DNA of 64,000 bases. It comes from an uncultured Acidobacteriaceae bacterium. Its GTDB lineage: Bacteria > Acidobacteriota > Terriglobia > Terriglobales > Acidobacteriaceae. The stretch covers positions 31,659-95,658 of the forward strand of contig CAVPKU010000054.1 of assembly GCA_963705765.1 (NCBI GenBank), written 5' to 3'. Positions 9,373 through 16,733 of the stretch are shown piece by piece. Below the pieces are notes generated by a model that did no database searches, was not told the origin of the DNA, and was given only the letters and a program-made list of their open reading frames with translations. Both the position numbers and the translations under genes were made by a program. Numbering within the stretch: the first letter of the stretch is position 1; each line of letters starts with the position of its first letter.

Positions 9373-11462
9373 ATTTCGATCACCGAAAGCTCTCGCAACA
9401 GAAACACATAGTCCAGCGCGATCTCCTTCAGGTAGTCATATCGTCCCGACGCGCCTCCGTGTCCCGCCGTTAGATTGGTGTGCAGAATCAGATCCCGTCC
9501 ATCGGTCCTCAGCGTCCGCATCTTGGCCACATACTTCGCCGGCTCCCAATACATCACCTGGGAATCGTGGAGCGATGTCTTGACCAGCATGGCCGGAAAC
9601 GTGTTCGCTTTCAGGTTGTCGTACGGTGAGTAACTCAGCATGTACTCGAACGCCTCTTTCTCGTTCGGATCGCCCCACTCCTCATACTCCGGAACCGTGA
9701 GCGGCAGCGTCGGATCCAGCATCGTGTTCATCACGTCCACAAACGGCACGTGGGAGATGATGGCCCGGTAGAGATCCGGCCGCATATTCGTGATCGCGCC
9801 CATCAGCAATCCACCGGCGCTGCCGCCCTCCGCCGCTACCCGATCCGCCGCACCCCACCCCTGCGCCACCAGATGCTCGGTCACCGCGATGAAATCGGTG
9901 AATGTGTTTCGCTTCTGCATCAGGCGCCCGGCGTCATGCCACGTCTTGCCCAGATCGCCGCCGCCCCGCACATGCGCGTATGCCAGCACGAAACCGCGAT
10001 CGAGCAAGCTCAGCCGACTGCTGCTGAAACCAACCGGCAGTGAGTATCCATACGCCCCGTACCCATAAACCCACAGCGGATTCTTCCCCGCTTCGCGCTT
10101 ATCTTTCCGCCACACCAGCGACACCGGCACCTCAATCCCATCGGGTGCCTTCGCGAAAATTCTCTCCGACGCGTAGTTCTCGCGATCGAATCCGCCCGGC
10201 ACTTCGAGTTGCTTCAGCAGCTTCGACTCGCCGGTTGGCACGTCATACTCGAACACCGATGCCGGTGTCACGAGCGATTGATAGGCGTAGCGATATTTAT
10301 CCGTGTCATAGACGCGGTTCGCATGCGGATGCGTGCTGTACACCGGCTCCGGAAAGGCGATCTCCCGCCCCTCCTCCATCGCCGGTCCAGCGCCCTCGAA
10401 CGGACGCACCCGAATGTGCTGCAAGCCGTCCCGGCGCTCCCACACCATTGCATGCCGCGCAAACAGCTCCACTTCTTCCAGCATCGCATCGGGCCGCACC
10501 GGAATCAGTTCGCTCCAGTGTTCAGTCCCCGGCGTCTCTACGGGCGCGGTCACCAGTCGAAAAGTTCTCCCCGCATCATTCGTCCGGATGTAAAACTGCC
10601 CGTTGCGATGATCGGCGTAGTACTCAATCTCATCCCGCCGCGGTGCGATCATCCGCCAGTTTCCGCGCGGATCGTCGGCCGGCAGAAATCGCTCTTCCGT
10701 CGTTGTGTGGCTCGAACTCTCCAGGATGATGTACTTGTCATCGCGGGTCCGTCCCGCGCCGATGTTGAAGCGCTCGTCCTTCTCCTCGTAAACCAGCTCG
10801 TCTTCGGTGAAATGCGTGCCCAGCACATGCCGGAAGAACTGGAACTGCCGCTTCTGTTCCTCATCTTCAACCGTGTAGAACAGCGTGCGATTGTCGGACG
10901 ACCACACCACCGACCCCACGCGCTCGGCGTGTTCCTTGTACACATCCCCTGTTCGCAGATCCTTCACATACAGCTTGTATTGCCGAAATCCCTTGTTGTC
11001 GCACGAGTAGGCGAGCAGATGGCCGTCGTCGGAAATCACCATCGTGCCCAGCGCCATGAACGACTCGTTCTCCGCCAAGTGATTCACATCCAGCAGAATT
11101 TCTTCCTCGCCCGTCGGTCCGCCCGGCGTCCCGCGCTTGCGGCAATAAATCTCGTACTGCTTCCCTTCCTCAGTACGCTGGTAGTACCAATAATCGCGAT
11201 CACGAAACGGCACCGAGACATCCGTCTCCTTGATGTGGCTCCTCATCTCGTCGTAGAGCTGCTTTTGCAGGTCCTGGGTTCCCTCCATCACATGCTGGCA
11301 CCACGCGTTTTCCGCTTCGAGGTACGCCAGCACTTCGGGATTTTCTTTCTCGCGCAGCCAGGCGTAGTCGTCCGCCAGGACATGCCCGTGGACGGTTCGC
11401 TCCGTATGCCGGCGTGCCGCAACCGGCGGCCGGGTCGGGGACTCACTGTTCCCAGCGCTCAT
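9339..11462 (-). CDS. ptrB: S9A serine peptidase, oligopeptidase B-like
   Basis: 707 aa. The N-terminal beta-propeller region has the DDYAWLREKENPEVLAYLEAENAW block. Catalytic GGSAGGLLMG serine motif. Its 3' end overlaps the convergent flippase gene by 34 nt. Confidence 0.85.
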   Translation of the reverse strand: MSAGNSESPTRPPVAARRHTERTVHGHVLADDYAWLREKENPEVLAYLEAENAWCQHVMEGTQDLQKQLYDEMRSHIKETDVSVPFRDRDYWYYQRTEEGKQYEIYCRKRGTPGGPTGEEEILLDVNHLAENESFMALGTMVISDDGHLLAYSCDNKGFRQYKLYVKDLRTGDVYKEHAERVGSVVWSSDNRTLFYTVEDEEQKRQFQFFRHVLGTHFTEDELVYEEKDERFNIGAGRTRDDKYIILESSSHTTTEERFLPADDPRGNWRMIAPRRDEIEYYADHRNGQFYIRTNDAGRTFRLVTAPVETPGTEHWSELIPVRPDAMLEEVELFARHAMVWERRDGLQHIRVRPFEGAGPAMEEGREIAFPEPVYSTHPHANRVYDTDKYRYAYQSLVTPASVFEYDVPTGESKLLKQLEVPGGFDRENYASERIFAKAPDGIEVPVSLVWRKDKREAGKNPLWVYGYGAYGYSLPVGFSSSRLSLLDRGFVLAYAHVRGGGDLGKTWHDAGRLMQKRNTFTDFIAVTEHLVAQGWGAADRVAAEGGSAGGLLMGAITNMRPDLYRAIISHVPFVDVMNTMLDPTLPLTVPEYEEWGDPNEKEAFEYMLSYSPYDNLKANTFPAMLVKTSLHDSQVMYWEPAKYVAKMRTLRTDGRDLILHTNLTAGHGGASGRYDYLKEIALDYVFLLRELSVIEIQGAGTKSAAP

Positions 11463-11589
11463 CGTTCCTCACATGTTCGGGAAATTTAGAAATGCAATCT
11501 ATAGATGCGCGACGGCGCTCGCGTGCCATCCTGCACCAGCAACAAAGTTAACCCAGAGTTGAGCAATCCCCTGTTTCGCCCGGTTAGTC

Positions 11590-11610
11590 TCGCACGCTGA
11601 ACGCTGAAAC
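11590..11610. repeat. heptamer array TCGCACG CTGAACG CTGAAAC (CYGAACG family)
   Basis: Three tandem 7-mers ending on the first base of the dsbA-like stop codon (cta 11610-11612). Confidence 0.6.
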
Positions 11611-12206
11611 TATTTCACCGCCTGGTCCAGCATCGAGTACAGATTCTTGAAGTCCGTTATCTGCTTGTAGCCGTGTTCGGTCACGACCCACGCGGTCGGC
11701 GTTTCGTGGATTCCCATCCGATCCGCCAGCGCTGCGTCCGCTTTTACCTCCGCAGTCAGCTTGCCCTGCGCATCCATCACAAAGGGGAGAGCCGTCCCAT
11801 GCTGCTGCGCGAAGTTCGCCGTGAACTTCTGCAGGTCATCCTTTGTCTCGATGTTCCCCTGGTTCGCGAACACCGCATCGCGATAGTCATCGCCCAGCTT
11901 CTTCGACTTCGTGTCGAACCAGCGCGCGTTCACTGCTGCCTGGAAACTCCAGTTGTGCTGTGGCAGCGGAAAATCGCGCCGCACCCACGCGACATGGTAT
12001 TTCTCCACGGCCTGCTTGATCACCGGGTTCTCCATCCCGCAACTCGGACACTCGAGGTCAGCGAACTCCACGATGGCGACCTTTGAACCGGCCGGCGGAT
12101 GCAGCGCCGAGGTGTCTTTGGGCTGAATCGGCGTCTGCTGCGCCCCAGCCGTTAAAGCGAAGAGGAAACCTGCTGCCAACCATGCAATTTTGCGCATTCC
12201 AACCAT
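11610..12206 (-). CDS. DsbA-family thiol:disulfide oxidoreductase (secreted)
   Basis: 198 aa. Signal peptide (MRKIAWLAAGFLFALTAGAQQ), thioredoxin-fold CPSC active site (ADLECPSCGM). Lies immediately downstream of ccmC/ccmD. Confidence 0.7.
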   Translation of the reverse strand: MVGMRKIAWLAAGFLFALTAGAQQTPIQPKDTSALHPPAGSKVAIVEFADLECPSCGMENPVIKQAVEKYHVAWVRRDFPLPQHNWSFQAAVNARWFDTKSKKLGDDYRDAVFANQGNIETKDDLQKFTANFAQQHGTALPFVMDAQGKLTAEVKADAALADRMGIHETPTAWVVTEHGYKQITDFKNLYSMLDQAVK

Positions 12207-12286
12207 ATTCCGAGTCTATCGTTTGGACCCGATTTTTCGAAAATGGTTGGACCCTCGCCGCCAAATTTTCCCGCCCAGCGGCTTCG

Positions 12287-12397
12287 CTACTTCTTTGCCC
12301 CCCGCCACTTCACCGCCACATACGCCAGATACACCACGTGAATCAAAATCGTCGCCACGTAGGCCAGCACCAGGTGCCGATGTCCCATGTCGTCCAT
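12287..12397 (-). CDS. ccmD: CcmD-like small membrane protein (36 aa; below the ORF-track length cutoff)
   Basis: Manual translation gives MDDMGHRHLVLAYVATILIHVVYLAYVAVKWRGAKK. The ATG at 12397 sits 3 nt after the ccmC stop (12400-12402). It has a single TM followed by a basic tail, as in CcmD. Confidence 0.5.
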   Translation of the reverse strand: MDDMGHRHLVLAYVATILIHVVYLAYVAVKWRGAKK

Positions 12398-12399
12398 CG

Positions 12400-13131
12400 C
12401 TATCTCCCTCCTGCCAGTTGCGCCTGCCCCGGCGCGAAGTCCAGCGACTTCAGCGCTTCATCCTGTTCAGCCTTCTGCGCGCGATACTCCGACACGTATC
12501 TCAGACTGGCGACAAAAATCCCCCACAGAATCCATCCCGCCAGATTCCACCAGACCGCCGGCAACATGCTGGGATCAATCCCCGAACCGGGCGCGCCGCC
12601 AAACACCGGCGCCGGATGCTGCGTTCGCCACCACCGCGTTGACATGTACACCAGCGGCACATCGAGATAGCCGAAGATCGCCATCACCGCCGCCAGCGTT
12701 CGCATCTGGGGTCCCGCCGCGAAACGCCGCAACAGCAAATACGCTACATAAATCAGCCATAGCACCAGCGTCGAAGTCAGCCGTGCATCCCATGTCCACC
12801 AGATACCCCACACCGCGCGTCCCCACAGCGACCCCGTCACCAGGCCGATCAGGCAGAACACCACACCGATCTCCGCGGACGCCACCGCCAGTGAATCGGC
12901 TTTGATCGCAAGGGTCTGATTCCGATTGCGCACCGCCAGGTACACCAGCGAGCAGCCGAGATTAATCGCAAAGAACAGCCCCATCCCGGCCCAGGAAGGG
13001 ATGTGGTAGTAAAAGATCCGCTGCACGTTGCCCTGGGCAGCATCCGACGGCACCTCAAACAGCGCAACGTGGAACCCTTTTGCCAGCACTCCCAGCGTGA
13101 CCAGCAGCAACAACCATCGCCACACCTTCAT
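12400..13131 (-). CDS. ccmC: heme exporter protein CcmC
   Basis: 243 aa. WWD motif WGIWWTWDARLTS and a conserved 6-TM layout. Confidence 0.85.
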   Translation of the reverse strand: MKVWRWLLLLVTLGVLAKGFHVALFEVPSDAAQGNVQRIFYYHIPSWAGMGLFFAINLGCSLVYLAVRNRNQTLAIKADSLAVASAEIGVVFCLIGLVTGSLWGRAVWGIWWTWDARLTSTLVLWLIYVAYLLLRRFAAGPQMRTLAAVMAIFGYLDVPLVYMSTRWWRTQHPAPVFGGAPGSGIDPSMLPAVWWNLAGWILWGIFVASLRYVSEYRAQKAEQDEALKSLDFAPGQAQLAGGR

Positions 13132-13180
13132 CTCTGCCTCTCTCTCCCACGCTCGTCCCCGGCGCCTTTCAAATCGACTT

Positions 13181-13765
13181 TCATTTCGGCAACGTCACCA
13201 GGCCGCCGCCACCATCCGGACCAGCGCCGTTGTAATCGAACGTGAACCGCACTTTCACCTGATCCGCAGCAATCCCATACGGGAACGCACCGTAGGGCAC
13301 CGAGCCGGTGATGGCCGCCCACGCTGCTCGATCCAGAGCCGCCTTGCCCGACCCATGCTCCAGAGCCATGTTCGTCACGCGACCGTCGGTGTGAATCCAG
13401 CCCACGATCTTCACCTCGCCCGACGCTGACAACGGAGGTTTCGCCGCCGCAGGCAGCGCCTGCAGCCACTGTCCTTTGGTCTGGCTTTCAACGCCAGCCC
13501 AGTAGCTCTTCAGATTGTCCCGGTCGACCTGCGGAATTTTGCTCACGATCGAAACGGCAACCGTTTCAGGGTCAGGCGCGGTGCTCTTGTCGCCCGACGC
13601 GGCGCCCTTATCGGCCGGTGCAGAATTTTTGTTGCCGGACGCAGCACTTCCCCCGGATCCCTTCTGTCCTGGCAGAGCCGGAGGTTTCTGTGCCGCCGCT
13701 ATTTGCGCTCCAGCCGCCAACAGCGCCAGTCCTAACACCAGCGATCCACACCGCATCCCATTCAT
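13181..13765 (-). CDS. secreted protein with TonB C-terminal-like domain
   Basis: 194 aa. Signal peptide, a low-complexity Pro/Gly/Ser/Ala linker, and a C-terminal GEVKIVGWIHTDGRVTNMALEHGSGKAALDRAAWAAITGSVPYGAFP block resembling TonB_C. Confidence 0.6.
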   Translation of the reverse strand: MNGMRCGSLVLGLALLAAGAQIAAAQKPPALPGQKGSGGSAASGNKNSAPADKGAASGDKSTAPDPETVAVSIVSKIPQVDRDNLKSYWAGVESQTKGQWLQALPAAAKPPLSASGEVKIVGWIHTDGRVTNMALEHGSGKAALDRAAWAAITGSVPYGAFPYGIAADQVKVRFTFDYNGAGPDGGGGLVTLPK

Positions 13766-13886
13766 TTCCCTTGCCCTCCAGCGATCTCGGGTGGGCTCAT
13801 CGGCCGCCCCGTACCAAAACCTTACTCCTTCGACCTTGCCCTACCCCTTCCCGCATCAACCTTCATTAGGGTAAAAAGGTTAGACC

Positions 13887-14087
13887 ATGGCTTGGACCAC
13901 CCTCATCCTCGGCGCTCTCCTCATGGCCATTGGCATTGGCGGCCAGATCTTCGGCATTCGTAAATCCTCCACCCTCGCCCCTCAGGATCGCCACACGCGC
14001 AACTGGATCTTCACGGTCGGCTCGCTGGTCGTCGGTCTCTGGATCGTTGCCTTCTCTGCCGCTCACTTCCTCCGTCACCACCACTAA
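13887..14087 (+). CDS. small two-TM membrane protein with His-rich tail (hypothetical)
   Basis: 66 aa. Strong GC3/codon bias like neighbouring genes, two hydrophobic helices, and a C-terminal HFLRHHH. It is the only + strand ORF in the 396-bp gap inside the ccm cluster. Confidence 0.45.
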   Translation: MAWTTLILGALLMAIGIGGQIFGIRKSSTLAPQDRHTRNWIFTVGSLVVGLWIVAFSAAHFLRHHH

Positions 14088-14161
14088 GTTTTCCCGTCCC
14101 AACTTTTCTGTACGGGACCCGTCCACCGCGTGCCGGAGGCGTCCGCCTGGACGGCTAGTCC

Positions 14162-14833
14162 CTACTCGGCGTGCAGGATCACCTCGAACAGCATCATGCA
14201 TACCGTGGTGAAGATCACGTCGTAAGCCCCCAGCATCTTGATCCACAGCACCGCGTTGCCTTCGCCCGTCAGAATCGATGTGGCCGACATCACCATGCCC
14301 AGCAACGCCGGAATGAAAATTGGAAATAAGATCAGCGGCAGTAACAATTCCCGGTTTCGCGTCCGGATCGACAGCGCCGCGAAGAAGACTCCGTTGACGA
14401 TCAGCGCCCACGTCCCCAGCGGCAGCACCAGCATCAACAGCCAGGCATTGCCCAGCGCGTGCAGGTTGTAAAACATTACGAACACCGGCGCCAGCACGAT
14501 TTCCACGACCATCACGAACAGGAAATTTGCCAGCGTCTTGCCGATGAAGAGCGAGGCGGCTGGAGCCGGAGTCATCCGCAGCGCGTCCAGCACCTGATTC
14601 TTCAGTTCCCGCGCCCACGCTTGATTCAGCGCGCTCACTGCTGCAAACATTGTCGCCACGCACAGGATCCCGCCCGCAATCTGCCGGCTCACCGCCCGCG
14701 TCGGATCGAACGCCAGGCTGAACAGCACCACCACCAGCAGCGCGAAGAACAACATCGAGTTGATCGCATCCTTCGACCGCCACTCCAGTTGCAGGTCCTT
14801 CTTCAGGTGGGTGAAAAAATAGGCGCCCTTCAT
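14162..14833 (-). CDS. ccmB: heme exporter protein CcmB
   Basis: 223 aa. The N-terminus (FFTHLKKDLQLEWRSKDAINSMLFFALLVVV) and 6-TM profile are typical of CcmB. The ATG overlaps the ybaK stop (ATGA at 14830-14833). Confidence 0.85.
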   Translation of the reverse strand: MKGAYFFTHLKKDLQLEWRSKDAINSMLFFALLVVVLFSLAFDPTRAVSRQIAGGILCVATMFAAVSALNQAWARELKNQVLDALRMTPAPAASLFIGKTLANFLFVMVVEIVLAPVFVMFYNLHALGNAWLLMLVLPLGTWALIVNGVFFAALSIRTRNRELLLPLILFPIFIPALLGMVMSATSILTGEGNAVLWIKMLGAYDVIFTTVCMMLFEVILHAE

Positions 14834-15372
14834 TCCGATTTCCCCCAGCGCTCCGGCTCACCTGTGCCCTGTACCCTGTGCCCTGCACCCTGTTTGGTCA
14901 GATCCGCGACCGTTGCCTTCGACGCCCGCAGATAATCCGCCGGGTTCAGCACCACCTGTACGCCCCGCATCCCAGCCGACACCGAGATCAAGTCGAATAA
15001 TTCGACCGTCTCATCCGTGTAAACCGGAAATTCTTTCTTCGCGCCAAACACCGTCACGCCACCGCGCACATATCCTGTCAGTGGCTGCACGTCTTTCAGC
15101 GAGACCATCTCGGTCTTTCGCGCTCCTGCTGCTGCCGCAAGTTTCTTGAAATCCAGTTCTGCGTCCCCGGGCACGACAGCAAACACATGCTCCCGATCTG
15201 ACGTCACGCACAGCAGCGTCTTGAAAACCTGTTCGGGCGGAAGCCCAATCTTCTCCGCCACCACGATGGCCGAGAACTCCTCCGGATTCACCTCGTACTC
15301 GCGAATCTCATACTGGATTCCGAGCGAATCAAGGTATCTTGCGGCATTCGTTTTTGTCGGAGTCTTTGTCAT
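14830..15372 (-). CDS. ybaK: Cys-tRNA(Pro)/Cys-tRNA(Cys) deacylase YbaK
   Basis: 180 aa. Aligns along its length with E. coli YbaK (NAARYLDSLGIQYEIREYE..., FKTLL lysine motif, PLTGYVRGGVTVFG). The roughly 20-aa C-terminal tail is encoded by a heptamer array. ATGA overlaps occur with ccmA (15369-15372) and ccmB. Confidence 0.8.
   Translation of the reverse strand: MTKTPTKTNAARYLDSLGIQYEIREYEVNPEEFSAIVVAEKIGLPPEQVFKTLLCVTSDREHVFAVVPGDAELDFKKLAAAAGARKTEMVSLKDVQPLTGYVRGGVTVFGAKKEFPVYTDETVELFDLISVSAGMRGVQVVLNPADYLRASKATVADLTKQGAGHRVQGTGEPERWGKSE
14861..14895. repeat. heptamer array CCTGTGC CCTGTAC CCTGTGC CCTGCAC CCTGTTT (CCCTNNN family)
   Basis: Five tandem 7-mers. On the minus strand they read GGGTGCAGGGCACAGGGTACAGGG, which is four G3 tracts with 4-nt loops. 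The array lies inside the ybaK 3' end. Confidence 0.75.
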
Positions 15373-16118
15373 CGCGCAGATCCCGCCGTCGCTGCCTCCA
15401 ACCCTGCGGCTCCGCGCGTGGCATAGGGACCGTCCTCCAGGCTCGCCACCGCGCCCGCTTCCAGCGTCAGCACATAATCCGCCAGCGGCTCGGCGAGCTC
15501 CCGCTGATGCGTCGTCAGCAGAATCGTCCGCTGCTCCGTTCTGAAAGTTTCCAGCAGCCGCAGCATCTGGTGCGCACTCGCGATATCCATATTGGAGAAC
15601 GGTTCATCCAGCAATAACAGTTCCGGCCGCGAAATCAGCACCCGCGCCAGCGATGCCCGCTGTCTCATTCCCTGCGAATACTGCCCCACCGGCCGTGCCA
15701 GCGCGGGATCGAGCCCCACACTGCGCAGCGCCTCTTCCGGAGCCACGCACTCCCGCTCCCGATACAGGCTCGCAAAATACCGGAGATTCTCCACACCCGA
15801 AAACTCGTCGTAGAGCATCGTGGCGTGGCTCATGTACCCGATGCGTTCCCGCGCCTCCATCGGCTCCTCAGCCGTTTCGTCCGCCGCAAAGATCCGCACC
15901 TTTCCGTAGCTCGGCTGCAGCAGCCCGGCCAGCGTCCTCAACAGCGTCGACTTCCCCGCCCCATTCGGTCCCAGCACCAGGTAGCAGCGTCCGCGCTCAA
16001 ACTGCACCGACACCTTGCGCAACGCCGCAAACGTGCCGTACAGCTTCGAAACCTCCGCGAACTCCGCAATGATGCCGTTCATCGTCGCTTTCTGCGCGGA
16101 CCCTTCCGCTCCGAACAC
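15369..16118 (-). CDS. ccmA: heme ABC exporter ATP-binding protein CcmA
   Basis: 249 aa. Walker A GPNGAGKST, signature YSQGMRQR, Walker B LLLLDEP. An alternative start is M13 (16082). Confidence 0.8.
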   Translation of the reverse strand: MFGAEGSAQKATMNGIIAEFAEVSKLYGTFAALRKVSVQFERGRCYLVLGPNGAGKSTLLRTLAGLLQPSYGKVRIFAADETAEEPMEARERIGYMSHATMLYDEFSGVENLRYFASLYRERECVAPEEALRSVGLDPALARPVGQYSQGMRQRASLARVLISRPELLLLDEPFSNMDIASAHQMLRLLETFRTEQRTILLTTHQRELAEPLADYVLTLEAGAVASLEDGPYATRGAAGLEAATAGSAR

Positions 16119-16165
16119 ACGAAGGGCTCTGGCATGGAACCCAGCCCGTTCGGCTGCTTTCTACA

Positions 16166-16193
16166 CCCTAATCCCTAACCCCTATACCCTGTG
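16166..16193. repeat. heptamer array CCCTAAT CCCTAAC CCCTATA CCCTGTG (telomere-like CCCTNNN family)
   Basis: Four tandem 7-mers in the ccmE-ccmA intergenic space, 6 nt from the ccmE stop. The minus strand reads GGGTATAGGGGTTAGGGATTAGGG. Confidence 0.75.
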
Positions 16194-16199
16194 TTTTTC

Positions 16200-16661
16200 C
16201 TATTGCCCGCCAGCCGTCGCCATCGCCGCAGTCTGCGTTCCGCCCGGCTTGGCCTGGCCCGGCTGCGCTGGAGCATACTTCGACGCGCACTTCGCCTGCA
16301 GTTGTGTCGCGTGGAACACGCCATCCCGCCCAAACGTCCCGATCGCAAGCGCCTGGCTATTGTCCTTGAAGGTGTCCGGCGGCGGCTCGTCACCCGTATA
16401 GGTGACTTTCAGCTTCCGGTCCAGCTCCACCAGCGTGAACTGCGCATGCGATCCGTCGCGCGCAATGCTGCCCGGCTCGACGCTTCCGGCCACCCGCAGG
16501 TTCCGTGTATAGGCCTTGTTGCCCATCGACTGCAGTTCCTGAATCGTGACGTAGTAGCTCTTGTTCGCTTCGACGCCGGTGACCGCCAGATACGAGATCG
16601 CGCCTACGATCACCACCACCGCCAGAGCGATCCGCACCGTCTGCTTGTTGCCGTTCTTCAT
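16200..16661 (-). CDS. ccmE: cytochrome c maturation heme chaperone CcmE (CxxxY variant)
   Basis: ORF-track frame 16200..16700 was trimmed to ATG 16661 (MKNGNKQTVRIALAVVVIVG TM anchor). OB-fold region LRVAGSVEPGSIARDG. The heme-binding position reads LQAKCASKY instead of the canonical HxxxY. Confidence 0.85.
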   Translation of the reverse strand: MKNGNKQTVRIALAVVVIVGAISYLAVTGVEANKSYYVTIQELQSMGNKAYTRNLRVAGSVEPGSIARDGSHAQFTLVELDRKLKVTYTGDEPPPDTFKDNSQALAIGTFGRDGVFHATQLQAKCASKYAPAQPGQAKPGGTQTAAMATAGGQ

Positions 16662-16733
16662 GATGACTCTATTGTAAGCAGCCCGACCCAAACCCCGCAT
16701 GTGACAAATATCACCGGCCCAAAATGGACCCCG

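Noticed and set aside
13846-13860. Possible additional CCCT heptamer array (CCCTACC CCTTCCC).
   Set aside because: There are only two imperfect units with no clear periodicity, which is indistinguishable from chance in C-rich DNA.
16166-16193. CCCTAA-like repeats as a chromosome or linear-replicon telomere.
   Set aside because: There are only four units, they are embedded inside an operon with genes on both sides, and the same family occurs at several internal loci. This is an interspersed repeat, not a replicon end.
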